Shown here: one piece after another, positions 32,004 to 42,573 of the stretch
How the letters are laid out: each line of letters begins with the position of its first letter
Numbering within the stretch: the first letter of the stretch is position 1
Origin: an uncultured cyanobacterium
GTDB taxonomy: Bacteria; Cyanobacteriota; Cyanobacteriia; CAKZMO01
DNA length: 64,000 nt
Direction of reading: 5' to 3'
Assembly: GCA_963719515.1 (NCBI GenBank)
Contig: CAVRCJ010000020.1
Span: forward strand, 23,176-87,175
Notes under the pieces: model-generated
Seen by the model: only the letters and a program-made list of their open reading frames with translations
What the model was told of the DNA's origin: nothing
The model's database searches: none
Position numbers and translations under genes: made by a program

Positions 32004-33312
32004 CCTTTGGCCCAGCGCGTCGCCCTGCAGGACCCGAAGGGTAGGTGCGCCCTTTCCAGGCCCCGCCTCGCCCTTGAAGATGGCGGCGGGCGGAGTCTAG
32101 GGTCATCAAGGTGTAGAGCGCAGCGATCGCAGGCAGAGCGAAGGCAAACCGCCAAGAGCAGTGGTAAAACCGCACAATCGGCCAGTAGGCTACGCTCATA
32201 GCAAGCCAGCCCATTAGCCCCAATAGCGCCACCCACCCCTGACCACTCAGCAGGCCCATCAAAAAGCTTAGGGGGGGAACCAGGTACACCACAATCATCC
32301 CCAGCACGGACCCTGTTAGCAGGAAGGGAGAATAGCGCAGCTGCGTGTATGCCGTGCGAGCCACCATGTCCCAAATGCTCTTTAACGTCGGGTAGGGCCG
32401 CAGGCTACAGATGCGATCGCTCAGCCCAATCCAAATGGGAAAAAAAGGCGGTCCCTCAGACTGGGTGTGCTTGACCGCCGCCGCCAGCGTGCAGTCATCA
32501 ATCAGGGCCTGCCGAATCGCAGCGATACCCCCGATGCGCTTGAGGGCTTCGGGGCGGAGCAAGACGCAGCCTCCTGCCCCCGCCGCCGTAGCGCGATAGA
32601 GATTGTTCGTCCAGCGAAACGGATATAGCTTTTGAAAAAAGAACACAAAGGCCGGAATCAGCAGCTGCTCCCAGGCGCTTTCGCAGCGCAGCCGCACCAT
32701 TACGGAGGCCATCTGCAGCTGCTGCTGTTGGGCCAAAGTCACCAGCTGTCGAAGGCTTTGGGGTGAGTGACGAATGTCGGCGTCTGTGAGCAACAGATAG
32801 TCAGGCGCGGCTTGGGCCAAGACATGGTCTGTACCCTGCTGCAGCGCCCACAGCTTGCCGGTCCAGCCGGGAGGCAAAGGCTGAGCAGCCAACACCTCAA
32901 GCGGTGTTGTTCCTCGCGGAGCGTTCACGGACTGTGCCCGCTGGGCGATCGCCTGAGCCGCTGCGGCAGTATTGTCCGTGCTGTGGTCGTCCACCAACAA
33001 AATCGAGACGGTGCCCGCGTAGTCCTGGTTCAGCAACGAGGGCAAAGAGTGGGGCAGAACGTCTGCCTCGTTACGGGCAGGAATAATTACCTGAATGGAG
33101 GGCAGCGGCTGGAGCACCGCGCCAGAGCCAGAATCTTCTGACTCCAGCGACGCTAGCTCAGCCGATTCTGACTCTAGCCGAGGGCTTGTCTGCCAAAACC
33201 AGCCCCGACCCACCAATAGGTAGATCCAAATAAAAAGAGGCAAACCGGCAACAGCAATAGCAATCACATCGTCATCCTCACTGTAGATCTCATCGGGACT
33301 AAGCACACTCAA
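31987..33312 (-). CDS. hpnB: Hopene-associated glycosyltransferase HpnB-like (GT2)
   Basis: IPARNEA, VDDHSTD, PPGWTGKLWAL, LLTDADI, ALIDDC.LA, WDMVARTAYTQL, GGAWKGR. Confidence 0.8.
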   Translation of the reverse strand: MSVLSPDEIYSEDDDVIAIAVAGLPLFIWIYLLVGRGWFWQTSPRLESESAELASLESEDSGSGAVLQPLPSIQVIIPARNEADVLPHSLPSLLNQDYAGTVSILLVDDHSTDNTAAAAQAIAQRAQSVNAPRGTTPLEVLAAQPLPPGWTGKLWALQQGTDHVLAQAAPDYLLLTDADIRHSPQSLRQLVTLAQQQQLQMASVMVRLRCESAWEQLLIPAFVFFFQKLYPFRWTNNLYRATAAGAGGCVLLRPEALKRIGGIAAIRQALIDDCTLAAAVKHTQSEGPPFFPIWIGLSDRICSLRPYPTLKSIWDMVARTAYTQLRYSPFLLTGSVLGMIVVYLVPPLSFLMGLLSGQGWVALLGLMGWLAMSVAYWPIVRFYHCSWRFAFALPAIAALYTLMTLDSARRHLQGRGGAWKGRTYPSGPAGRRAGPKAMAEP

Positions 33313-33519
33313 CGATGCGGACTCTTAGCGACCACCTTGTTATCTGTCCCTCAACAGTAGATAAAGTGCGACAACGTTCCCTACACTGAAAAGCTGGTGC
33401 TCAGCGCATTGTCCTCCTGTCGCGGTGACTAGACTATGCCACGGCGACCTATCACTGCGCACATCCCCCTAAAATCATATACACAGAAATCGCCCACAGC
33501 CTCATAGGAGAAGCCCTCT

Positions 33520-34410
33520 ATGTCTGATCTAAACCAACCGTCAGCCTGGCATCGGTCGAAGGCCCTGCGCCGCGGCGCAGCGGCGAGTCTACTGCTCTGC
33601 GCCCTATTAAGCGTTAGCGCCTGCTCTAGCCCCGACCCTGCTGGCCAGGAGACCTCCTCTGAAGTAGAGGCGGACGGAGGTGTGGACGCTGGAGATCCGC
33701 AGACAAAGCAGGCCAGACAGGCTAGCGGCACCCTCAAGCGTCTGCTAGATCTCAGCGGCAAAGTCTACAACAGCGCCTACCGCAACAACTGGCAGAAATC
33801 AGCGTCGCAGTTTAACCGCCTGCAGGACTTGGGCGATCGCCTCGATAATTTGGTGGCCAGTGGAGCGGTCGATGGCCTCGACGTTGAAGCTCTGCTGCTG
33901 CAGATTGATACTTTAGAAGATGCCATCGTCTCCGAGCAGCAAATTCCCGCGATGGTGGCGGCCAACAATCTGGCCGAAACTGGATTAACGGCTGCGCAGA
34001 CCCTTGACCCAGAAGGCGACTTCCTTGACCTGGCACAGTTCGCCTATTATGGCCGGCAGCTAGAGATTGTGACCTTCGGTCTTGAAGGCGATGCCGGCAC
34101 CGACATCGATCCCGACGAAACAGAGACCCTCAAGCAGGCGGCGGATCAAGTGGTCCAGGCTTGGGATACTCTAGACACTCCTGAGGCGAGTTCGACGGAG
34201 ACTCCTAGCCTAGAGACAGACACGCCCGCGGCGGCGACAGCGCCCTCAGGCGGTGCGTCCTCGGAGCAGCCAGAGGGCGAGGTGGACACCGTGACCGGCG
34301 TCGGCACAGCCGTCAACCAGCTGCGCTATGCGCCAAACGAGAACTACGCAGCTCTGGCCCGCAGGATTGTTTTAGGATCTCAGAAAATGCTGGCGGAGCA
34401 GCCCAAATAG
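33520..34410 (+). CDS. Hypothetical lipoprotein
   Basis: Signal peptide with LSVSAC lipobox; SD AGGAG. Confidence 0.65.
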   Translation: MSDLNQPSAWHRSKALRRGAAASLLLCALLSVSACSSPDPAGQETSSEVEADGGVDAGDPQTKQARQASGTLKRLLDLSGKVYNSAYRNNWQKSASQFNRLQDLGDRLDNLVASGAVDGLDVEALLLQIDTLEDAIVSEQQIPAMVAANNLAETGLTAAQTLDPEGDFLDLAQFAYYGRQLEIVTFGLEGDAGTDIDPDETETLKQAADQVVQAWDTLDTPEASSTETPSLETDTPAAATAPSGGASSEQPEGEVDTVTGVGTAVNQLRYAPNENYAALARRIVLGSQKMLAEQPK

Positions 34411-34504
34411 GGCTTCGCTGTCGCTCTGCTCAAACTGGCGGCAGTCTTGGTAAAGTAATGTCGAATGCTCATCGTTCCGAGACTTTTCACTTCTACTGTT
34501 CTCC

Positions 34505-35293
34505 ATGCTTAGACGACACACCGCTGCCCTCACCTTTACCTTGATTGGAGGTCTACTTGGTTCAGCATCAGCGAGTCAAGCTAGCCCAATTCTACTGGCT
34601 CAAACCGCAGGGGACACCTGTGGTCTGACCACCGGCAACACCGTCATCTATGACCAGCCCAGACGAGACTCGCCTATCGTCGCGCAGATAGCGCAAGCGG
34701 GGCGACAGCTCTCTCTCGACCCCGACTTCGCTACGGGAGACTGGATACGCGTTACAACCCCGTCCGTCGCCGGATTTACGCTGGCGCGCTATCTAGAGGG
34801 CTGCGGTGCGACAGCTGCAGAGGCCACGGCGGATGCTGACGAATCGTCCAGCGCCGTCTCCAACGCGACGCCCGGCGTCATCGGTAGCTGCGCCACTGCC
34901 ATAGCCGACCGAAGTTCCTCTCAGCTCAGCGTCAGGACGGAGGCGGGCGCTACAGCGTCCTACAACGCGATCGCGGCTGGAGCCAATCTAATCTTGAGCG
35001 CTGAGCCCGCCCTTTATAGCCCTGAGCAGGGCCGCTACTGGCGTAAAGTACTGGCCTATTCGCCGCTTCAGGCAAGCCGCTCTAGAACCGGTGAGGCCTG
35101 GATATCCGAGACAGGACCCAATACCCCTCGGCTGATTCACAACAGCTCCGGCATCCTGGTCAACCGGCAGGCAGAGGCCTACCCTGACCTCAACATTGTC
35201 CGTCGCCCCTGCGACACCTTGTTTCCCAACGCCAGCATCATTGAAGGGCGGCCCCTACCCCGAACCCTACCCACCGGATACCGTACGCCGTAG
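34505..35293 (+). CDS. Secreted hypothetical protein with SH3b-like segments
   Basis: Signal peptide; P...SPIVAQ...WIRV...GF...YL and VRTE...W..V...AWIS patterns. Confidence 0.55.
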   Translation: MLRRHTAALTFTLIGGLLGSASASQASPILLAQTAGDTCGLTTGNTVIYDQPRRDSPIVAQIAQAGRQLSLDPDFATGDWIRVTTPSVAGFTLARYLEGCGATAAEATADADESSSAVSNATPGVIGSCATAIADRSSSQLSVRTEAGATASYNAIAAGANLILSAEPALYSPEQGRYWRKVLAYSPLQASRSRTGEAWISETGPNTPRLIHNSSGILVNRQAEAYPDLNIVRRPCDTLFPNASIIEGRPLPRTLPTGYRTP

Positions 35294-35304
35294 GCGCTCC
35301 TGAC

Positions 35305-36595
35305 CAAAAAAACTGGGTCTCAAGCCCCGCCCTTTAGGGCGGCTTTTGTAGGACAATTGTATTTATGAAGTGCCGCTACCAGTACCGCGTCTATCCCACG
35401 TCCGGACAGCAGATCAGCTTAGCCAAGCTGTTTGGCTGCTGCCGTGTCGTGTGGAACGACGCCCTAGCACTGTGCAAGGAGTCGGATTCGCTGCCTAAGA
35501 ATGGCGACCTTCAGAAGGCTTGCATCACGCAGGCCAAGAAAACGGTTGAGCGCCAGTGGCTGAGCGAGGTATCAAATATCCCGCTGCAGCAGTCCATCGC
35601 CGATTTGGGCGTAGCGTTCAAAAACTTCTTTGATTCGCTCAAAGGCAAGCGCAAAGGACCAAAGGTGATGCCGCCCCGGTTCAAGCGCAAAGACAATCGC
35701 CAGTCGGCGCGATTCCGCAAGGGCGGCTTCTCGCTCAAGGGCGACAAGGTCTATCTAGCCAAAATTGGCAACCTCAAGGTGCGCTGGTCGAGGCCGCTGC
35801 CGTCTGAGCCGTCATCCGTCACCGTCATCAAGGACAGAGCAGGCCGCTATCTTCTGAGCTTCGTTGTCGAAGTGCAGCCGGTCCACATTCCCGCCAAGAA
35901 CCAAAGCGTGGGTGTGGACTTGGGTATCAAGACGTTCGCGGTGCTCAGCAGCGGCCAGCGCGTTGAGTCTCCTGGTTACGACCGCATTGGCCGCAAGATA
36001 CGCCGTGAGCAGCGCAAGCTGAATAGGCGCTTCAAGGGGTCGAAGCGCCGTGAGCGCACCCGGCTGCGCATCGCTAAGCTGAAGGCCAAGCAGCGGGACA
36101 TCCGCAAGGATTTTCTGCATAAGCTCTCGACCTGGCTAATTCGCAACCATAGCGTTGTGGCTATTGAAGACCTGAACGTGTCCGGCATGGTCCGCAACCG
36201 CAAGCTGGCCCGCGCTATAGCTCAACAGGGCTGGCGTGATCTGCGAACCATGTGTGAGGCCAAGGCCGCGATGATACTGGAACGCGAGGTATCGGTCATC
36301 AGCCGGTGGGAGCCGACTAGCCAGAAGTGTGCCGACTGCGGCTACCGCTGGGGCAAGCTGGAGCTGTCGGTGCGAGAGCTGGTCTGCCTTGGCTGTGGCA
36401 AAACCCAAGACCGAGACGGCAATGCTAGCCGCAATATTGAAACGTCTGGGCTGGAGCTAGCCCGAGACTCTAAACGGACGCGGAGCGGGCATAAGACCTC
36501 GTCAGGGGCAATTCGCGCTGAGGCGTCCACCCGTCGGGAGTCCACCTAGTGGGCAGACCGGGAATCCCCGCTCTTCAGGGCGGGGAGGATGTCAA
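35305..36595 (+). mobile_element. IS200/IS605-family TnpB-only (IS1341-like) insertion sequence
   Basis: Left-end hairpin AAGCCCCGCCCTTTAGGGCGGCTT after TGAC; right end GAATCCCCGCTCTTCAGGGCGGGGAGGATGTCAA; no tnpA, no target duplication. Confidence 0.88.
35365..36549 (+). CDS. tnpB: RNA-guided endonuclease TnpB
   Basis: YRVYPT..Q...L.KLFGCCRVVWN; RuvC D (VGVDLG), E (IEDL), D (DRDGNA); zinc finger CADC..CLGC. Confidence 0.95.
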   Translation: MKCRYQYRVYPTSGQQISLAKLFGCCRVVWNDALALCKESDSLPKNGDLQKACITQAKKTVERQWLSEVSNIPLQQSIADLGVAFKNFFDSLKGKRKGPKVMPPRFKRKDNRQSARFRKGGFSLKGDKVYLAKIGNLKVRWSRPLPSEPSSVTVIKDRAGRYLLSFVVEVQPVHIPAKNQSVGVDLGIKTFAVLSSGQRVESPGYDRIGRKIRREQRKLNRRFKGSKRRERTRLRIAKLKAKQRDIRKDFLHKLSTWLIRNHSVVAIEDLNVSGMVRNRKLARAIAQQGWRDLRTMCEAKAAMILEREVSVISRWEPTSQKCADCGYRWGKLELSVRELVCLGCGKTQDRDGNASRNIETSGLELARDSKRTRSGHKTSSGAIRAEASTRREST

Positions 36596-38014
36596 ACCAT
36601 CAGCGCCTTTATCAAAAGCGTGCGGGGGTCGGACCCCGACGCGGCGCTCTACTGGCTGGCGCGTATGGTCTACGCTGGGGAAGATCCGCGCTTTTTGTTT
36701 CGCCGCTTAGTTGTTTTGGCCAGCGAAGATGTTGGTCTAGCCGACTCCAACGCCGTCGCTGTAGTCACCGCCTGCGCCCAAGCCTTCGATCGCGTCGGGA
36801 TGCCAGAGGGCCGCTATCCCCTAGCCCAAGCGACGCTGTACCTGGCCACCGCCCCTAAGTCCAATACCACCATGGGCTTTTTCGACGCCTTGGCCGCCGT
36901 CGAGCGCGAGCAGACCGAGGTGCCGCCCCACCTTCAGGATGCCAACCGGGATGCCGCGATGGGCCATGGGCAAAATTACCTCTATCCCCACGCCTACCGA
37001 GACCATTGGGTGGCCCAGCAGTACCTGCCGGATAATCTCCAGGACCAGGTGTTTTACCAGCCCTCTTCCCAGGGCGATGAAGGCCGCCTCGCGGCCCAAG
37101 TACAGCGACGACGGGAGGCCCAGCTCGCTGCTGTCACGAACGAGGCAATTTCCGAAATTCTCACCCTCAGCCCAGAAGACGCCGCTACCGATCGCTGGAT
37201 TCAGCGATCGCTATCTCAAACCAGCGCTCACCTAGCCCAGGTGCGCGATCGCCTGTTTGATCACCTGCAGCCCCAGCGCCATCACGTGCTGCTGTGCGTC
37301 AATGCCCTTGGGTTGCTCGTCTGGGAAGCGGTGCGGCGCGTCCCGGAGGGCGGGGTGTATGCTGCGGTGACGGAGGCGGAGCGAACCGCACTGGAGGAGC
37401 AAGCCCAGCTGTTGCCAGAGCTGCGGCAGCCGATGATTTTGCCAATCCTGGTGCGCATAGCTGACAAGCATCCGAACATCGCATTTGACGGTATCGTAGG
37501 CCGCAATCTGCTGCTAGGCGCTGCCGATAAAGCCGTCACCGCTGCCGCTCTCGCTTCAGTGACGGGGCCTGATACCACTATCCTGCTGGCCGAAAGTTTG
37601 CCTAAAGATTCGCAGCGAATTTCTCAGCTTTTGGCGCTGCCTGCTGGGGTAGGCGATCACCTCACAGAAGCAGAGAATGCTTTATACGACAGTGATCCGA
37701 ACTTAGCTTGGGGACAGAGCGACCTCATTCAGCTCTTCGAGGCCGCACCCCTGTCGGCTCAGGTCGAGGTCGAGCGCATGACGGTTGAGGTGTACTTGTC
37801 GCCTAGGCTTGTTAACCGCTGGGTAGAACCGGGACAAGAGCAGCCCAGCTACCGCGATCGCCTTGCGCCTCTCTTGTCGCCGCAGGATTTAGAGGCGGTG
37901 TGTCGGGGGCTGCGATCGCTTATCCATCAGACCGTGAACTGGGAAACTCAGGTCGCGTTCGTGCGTCTCACGGCAACATCACACCGACAGCACAGACAAC
38001 GGGGGGATGGTTGA
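36596..38014 (+). pseudogene. rarA: 5'-truncated RarA/MgsA (C-terminal domain plus cyanobacterial extension)
   Basis: Begins right after the IS with TISAFIKSVRGSDPDAALYWLARM...ASEDVGLAD...APKSN...YLYPH; the AAA+ N-terminal half is absent upstream. Confidence 0.85.
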
Positions 38015-39188
38015 TAATAGCTGGAACGTGATTAAGGACATCTTCTTTGAGGCTCTACTCGTGCCGCTGCAGCTGGCTCCCACGCTGGTGCGGCACAAGG
38101 CGGTGCAAAACTATAGTCGGGGGGTAGAGCGACATTCACCTGACGAAATATTCGAGCTAGGCTGTGAGAATATTCGAGCGGTTTTTGAGAACCTGGTAGC
38201 GTACTGCGATCGCAGGCATGACCGCGACTGGGCCAATGTCCCAGTTCCCGACCCCAAAGCTCTAGACAACTGCCCCGAGGTCCAAGACGTTCACGCTCAT
38301 CGCGGCGTGCTGCAAGATCGGCTGTGGGCCAAAGCGGCATCGGATATCGCTAGCGATCGCCAGCGAATTGAAGCGGCCTATGCCAAACACCAGACGGGAA
38401 AAGGAAGCCTAGCGCTAAACCCCAATTTGGCTATTCCCACGCACCAGCTCAAACGCAACATTCACCGGATGCCGGGCGGCTACCTGCAGCATTCTGAAGC
38501 CGACAGCTTCATCCCAGGCTTGGTCTATGACCACGGTACGTTTCTATACGGACGGGGATGGTTCGGCCCACTGAATGACGAACTGGGTCAGACCGTAGTC
38601 CACCACTTAAAGCAGCACTACCCCAGTTTTCAGCCTAGTAAAATCCTGGATTTGGGCTGCTCTGTAGGTCACAGCACGCTGCCCTATGTCTCTGTCTATT
38701 CGCGAGCCGAGGTCTGGGGCATAGACTTGGCCGCATCGCTATTGAAACATGCGATCGCCCGAGCCCGATTGCTCGACAAAGCCGTCCACTTTGCACAGCA
38801 CAATGCTGAGCAGACAGAGTTTCCGGACCAGTCGTTTGATTTGGTGGTCAGCCACATTCTCCTGCACGAAATTCCCGGTCCGGCACGGCGGCGCGTGTTT
38901 GCCGAGAGCTACCGGCTGCTGAAGCCTGGCGGCATGATGATGCACCTAGAGAGTCAGCTCTTCCTGGAAGCACCGACATTGATCGCCCGCTACTTCCGCG
39001 ATACCGAGGTCTGGGCCAATTCAGAGCCCTACCTAGCATCGTCAAAGTTTGAGGATTTTTCCACCTTTGCGCTAGAGGCGGGGTTCGCCCCAGCTGCGTT
39101 TCAGGTGCGCCGCTTGCCAGGATACTACGCGGCTCAAGCGGGCGACGACGCGGCTAGGTGGGTCACCTTCTGCGGCGAGAAGCGCTAG
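38007..39188 (+). CDS. Class I SAM-dependent methyltransferase
   Basis: ILDLGCSVGHST, FDLVVSHILLHE, RLLKPGG. Confidence 0.88.
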   Translation: MVDNSWNVIKDIFFEALLVPLQLAPTLVRHKAVQNYSRGVERHSPDEIFELGCENIRAVFENLVAYCDRRHDRDWANVPVPDPKALDNCPEVQDVHAHRGVLQDRLWAKAASDIASDRQRIEAAYAKHQTGKGSLALNPNLAIPTHQLKRNIHRMPGGYLQHSEADSFIPGLVYDHGTFLYGRGWFGPLNDELGQTVVHHLKQHYPSFQPSKILDLGCSVGHSTLPYVSVYSRAEVWGIDLAASLLKHAIARARLLDKAVHFAQHNAEQTEFPDQSFDLVVSHILLHEIPGPARRRVFAESYRLLKPGGMMMHLESQLFLEAPTLIARYFRDTEVWANSEPYLASSKFEDFSTFALEAGFAPAAFQVRRLPGYYAAQAGDDAARWVTFCGEKR

Positions 39189-39526
39189 ACAATAGATAGG
39201 ACGCAGCGAGAGGACTGGCCCGCCATAAAAGAGGGACCCATAGACCAAGCCGATTTCCCGCGCGGCCCATCGGTTCGGTACGGACTAGTCTCACTTCACT
39301 CGCGCGTTTAAGCAGGCAAGAGGTACGACGCCAAGACAGTTTGTCATCGGGCAGTAGGCTATTTCTTCCTGTAGAGCATCAAGGCACGATCGCGAGTAAG
39401 GCTTTTAGGCGATGCTCACCGCATTTAGAATCCTTCTCAAGAGAGGCGTGATTACGAATCGTACGCTGCTACGGTTAGACCTAATCTTCTCAAACTCACC
39501 CCTAAGACTGGGACGGAATCGACCTA

Positions 39527-41482
39527 GTGAAACTCCAGACAAAGATACTAGCAAGCTACGGTGTGGGGCTGACGCTGATTGTGTTGGTTGGCCTGTGGGG
39601 TATCGTCAACCTGTGGCGATTGGGTCGGGCTAGCGGCGCAATCCTGACGGAGAACTACCGCAGCATTCGGGCGGCAGAGGGGATGCTCGACTCCCTGGAG
39701 CGGCAGGATAGCGCGACGCTACTGCTGCTGCTGGAGGATGCGCAGGCGGGAACGCGGCTGTTTCAGGACAATGAAATTGAGTTTTTGCAGTGGCTTGGCC
39801 GCGCCAAGGACAACATCACCATCGAGGGTGAGGCGGAGATCCTGGCGGAGCTGGAGGCCAGCTACCGCGACTACCTTCTAGAGGTGGACCAGCTTCAGAC
39901 CCAGCTTGGCGACCCTAATCCTCCTTTCGGGCTCTACCAAACCGAGGTACAGCCGGATTTCCAGGCCGTGCGGCAGGCCTCTGTAGAGCTGCGTAACCTC
40001 AACCAGCAGACCATGGAAGCTGCCTCTGATTCTGCGCAGGTCACGTCCCAGCGGGCGATCGCCTCGATGGTGGTGGCCGGAAGCTCCGCCGCCGCCCTCG
40101 GGCTGGTGCTGAGCCTAATTTTGTCCAAAGCCTTCACCCGTCCGCTAGAGCAGATGACTCAGGCCACCGAGCAGCTCGCCGAGGGAGACTACGACCTGCA
40201 GCTCACCGTCAACTCTCGCGACGAGCTCGGCCAGCTCGCCCGGGATTTTATGGCCATGAGCCGCAAGCTCAAGGGATTCCACGAGCTGAATGTGGACCAG
40301 ATTGTGGCGGAGAAGCGCCGCAGCGAGGCCATTGTCCACAGCCTTACCGACGGCCTAGTCTTGTTTGATAGCGAATACCGCATTCTCGCCATCAACCCCA
40401 CAGCGGCCCGACTGTTTCAGGCAACTCCCACTACCGCAATAGGGCAGCACTGCCTCGATTTGATTGGCGACGCCCACTCTGGGGAAGGTCGGCCTGCTCT
40501 CGAAGGGCACCGCGAGCTCTACGCGCAGATTCAGACGACGGTAGCTGGCGCTGCCTCCGACGGGCCTGCCGAGTCCGCGATCGCCCCCACCAGCGAGCCT
40601 AACTGCGACAACCTGCTCACGATTGCGGGAGATCCTCCCCAGTACTACCGCTACTCCACGACGCCGATAAAAACCGAGCCGGGCAGGCTTGTCGGAGTGG
40701 TCCTACTGCTGCAGAATATTACCACCCTCAAAAACCTAGATCAGCTCAAAAGCCAGTTTGTGATGACGGCTTCCCACGAGCTGCGCACCCCCCTCACCGG
40801 CATGGCAATGAGCATTGGCCTACTGATGGAGTCAGCGCAGCAAAAGCTCTCTGAGCAAGAGCAAGAGCTGCTGGCGGTGGCGCAGGAAGACATCCAGCGG
40901 CTGCAAGGTCTGGTGAATGACCTGCTGGACCTCTCCAAAATTGAGTCGGGCCGCATTGAGATGGAGCAGATTCCCACAGAGGCCACCTGGCTTGCGGAGA
41001 AGGTGGCCGCGATGCTCCAGGTCCAGGCCGAGGAGGCAGACACAGACGTTCGACGCTCAATCCCCGCAGGCCTGCCCCCGGTTTTGGTCGACCCCAATAA
41101 AATCATCTGGGTGCTCACCAACCTAGTCGCCAATGCCCTGCGCTACGCCGATACCACCATCGAGATTGCGGCTGAGCCCCACGGGGACTGGATGCAGTGG
41201 TCGGTAGCCGACGACGGCCCCGGCATCGACGTCGCGTATCAGGCCAAAATCTTTGACAAGTTTGTTCAAGTGGAAACCGCCCAAGATGCGGGCGGTAGCG
41301 GCCTTGGTCTCGCCATCTGCAAAGAGATCGTCCGCGCCCACGGCGGCAGTATTTGGGTCGAGTCTACGCCGGGCGACGGCTGCACGTTCCTATTTACGTT
41401 GCCAACCGCAGCGGCGACCCCGACGACCCCGAAAAGTTTCCCCTCTACCCCATCTCACACCGGAGCTGCCCATGCCAAATGA
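39527..41482 (+). CDS. Membrane sensor histidine kinase (periplasmic helical sensor, HAMP, PAS, HisKA, HATPase)
   Basis: ASHELRTPL, NLVANALRY, DDGPGI, GSGLGLAIC; HAMP SRDELGQLA. Confidence 0.93.
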   Translation: MKLQTKILASYGVGLTLIVLVGLWGIVNLWRLGRASGAILTENYRSIRAAEGMLDSLERQDSATLLLLLEDAQAGTRLFQDNEIEFLQWLGRAKDNITIEGEAEILAELEASYRDYLLEVDQLQTQLGDPNPPFGLYQTEVQPDFQAVRQASVELRNLNQQTMEAASDSAQVTSQRAIASMVVAGSSAAALGLVLSLILSKAFTRPLEQMTQATEQLAEGDYDLQLTVNSRDELGQLARDFMAMSRKLKGFHELNVDQIVAEKRRSEAIVHSLTDGLVLFDSEYRILAINPTAARLFQATPTTAIGQHCLDLIGDAHSGEGRPALEGHRELYAQIQTTVAGAASDGPAESAIAPTSEPNCDNLLTIAGDPPQYYRYSTTPIKTEPGRLVGVVLLLQNITTLKNLDQLKSQFVMTASHELRTPLTGMAMSIGLLMESAQQKLSEQEQELLAVAQEDIQRLQGLVNDLLDLSKIESGRIEMEQIPTEATWLAEKVAAMLQVQAEEADTDVRRSIPAGLPPVLVDPNKIIWVLTNLVANALRYADTTIEIAAEPHGDWMQWSVADDGPGIDVAYQAKIFDKFVQVETAQDAGGSGLGLAICKEIVRAHGGSIWVESTPGDGCTFLFTLPTAAATPTTPKSFPSTPSHTGAAHAK

Positions 41483-42125
41483 ACGCATTCTCGTCGTAGA
41501 CGACCAGAAGAATATTCGATTTACCGTAGCCCAGGCCTTAGATCCCCTGGGCTACGACGTGCGCGCCGCCGTCAACGGCGACGATGCTCTGCGACAGCTG
41601 GAGGGCGGTGACCCAGTGGACCTGCTGCTGCTAGACCTTAAAATGCCCGGCATGAGCGGCTTAGAGGTGCTCGAAAAGGCCGTCGCTCGCTTTCCCCATA
41701 TCAAAACCATCATCATCTCTGCCCACGGCAGCGTCGACAACGCCGTCGACGCGATGAAGCTCGGCGCAAGGGACTTTCTGCAAAAGCCGTTTACGCCCCA
41801 AGAGCTGCGTCAGGCGATTCACGATGTTTTGGAGGAGGTCGACGAGACACAGGACTTTGATAGTTCGATGAAAGCCGCCAAATACCGCGCCCGCGAGCGC
41901 CAGTTCGACGAGGCGATCGCCCTAGTCAAGCAGGCCATCAGCATCGATCCCCAGCGGCCTGAGGCGATGAACCTCTTGGGTGAGCTACAGGAGACAATGG
42001 GCGACACCACCGACGCCGTCAATACCTACCGGGCGGCCTGGTCCCTCGACCCAACCTACGAGCGGGCTAGAACCAACCTGGACCGCGCAACGGGGCCCTC
42101 CAAACAGCGCCCCTCACTAGAATAA
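41472..42125 (+). CDS. Response regulator (REC plus TPR output, no DNA-binding domain)
   Basis: ILVVDD, LLLLDLKMPGMSG, FLQKPF; C-terminal TPR (AISIDPQRPEAMNLLG...AWSLDPTY). Confidence 0.9.
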   Translation: MPNERILVVDDQKNIRFTVAQALDPLGYDVRAAVNGDDALRQLEGGDPVDLLLLDLKMPGMSGLEVLEKAVARFPHIKTIIISAHGSVDNAVDAMKLGARDFLQKPFTPQELRQAIHDVLEEVDETQDFDSSMKAAKYRARERQFDEAIALVKQAISIDPQRPEAMNLLGELQETMGDTTDAVNTYRAAWSLDPTYERARTNLDRATGPSKQRPSLE

Positions 42126-42144
42126 GGACTCAGGAGAATAAACA

Positions 42145-42570
42145 GTGGCAGATTACATCATCGTGGTGGGTTGCGGGCGCTTGGGCTCTTTGCTCGCAAG
42201 CCGCCTCAGCGGAGAGGGGAACAGCGTCGTCGTGATTGACCAGAGCAGCAGCGCCTTTAAAGGGCTATCGAGCGCCTTCAGCGGATTCGAGGTTGAAGGG
42301 GACGCGACGGAACTGGCGACGTTAGAAACGGCAAAGATCAAACAGGCCGACTGTCTTTTAGCCGTCACTAATCAGGACAATATCAACCTGATGGTGGCGC
42401 AGGTCGCAAAAAATATATTCAACATTCCGACGGTGCTGGCGCGGGTTTTCGACCCCAAGCGAGAGGAGCTCTACGGCGAGTTTGGCATCGAAACCATCAG
42501 CCCCAACCAGCTCTCTGCAGACTGCTTTTTTCAAACGCTCAAAGCCCGCAACGCGACGGAGGTCAGCTAA
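42145..42570 (+). CDS. trkA: TrkA-N (single RCK) potassium uptake protein
   Basis: IIVVGCGRLG, GDAT, AVTNQDNIN. Confidence 0.85.
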   Translation: MADYIIVVGCGRLGSLLASRLSGEGNSVVVIDQSSSAFKGLSSAFSGFEVEGDATELATLETAKIKQADCLLAVTNQDNINLMVAQVAKNIFNIPTVLARVFDPKREELYGEFGIETISPNQLSADCFFQTLKARNATEVS

Positions 42571-42573
42571 CCC

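Noticed and set aside
35305..36595. TnpB element as an IStron or Cas12f/CRISPR locus
   Set aside because: Only about 60 bp precede tnpB, leaving no room for a group I intron, and no repeat-spacer array is adjacent
39190..39526. c-di-AMP (ydaO) riboswitch ahead of the K+ transport operon
   Set aside because: I could not find the conserved GCTGAATCC / GGAACC / GTCAGCTAAC-type elements
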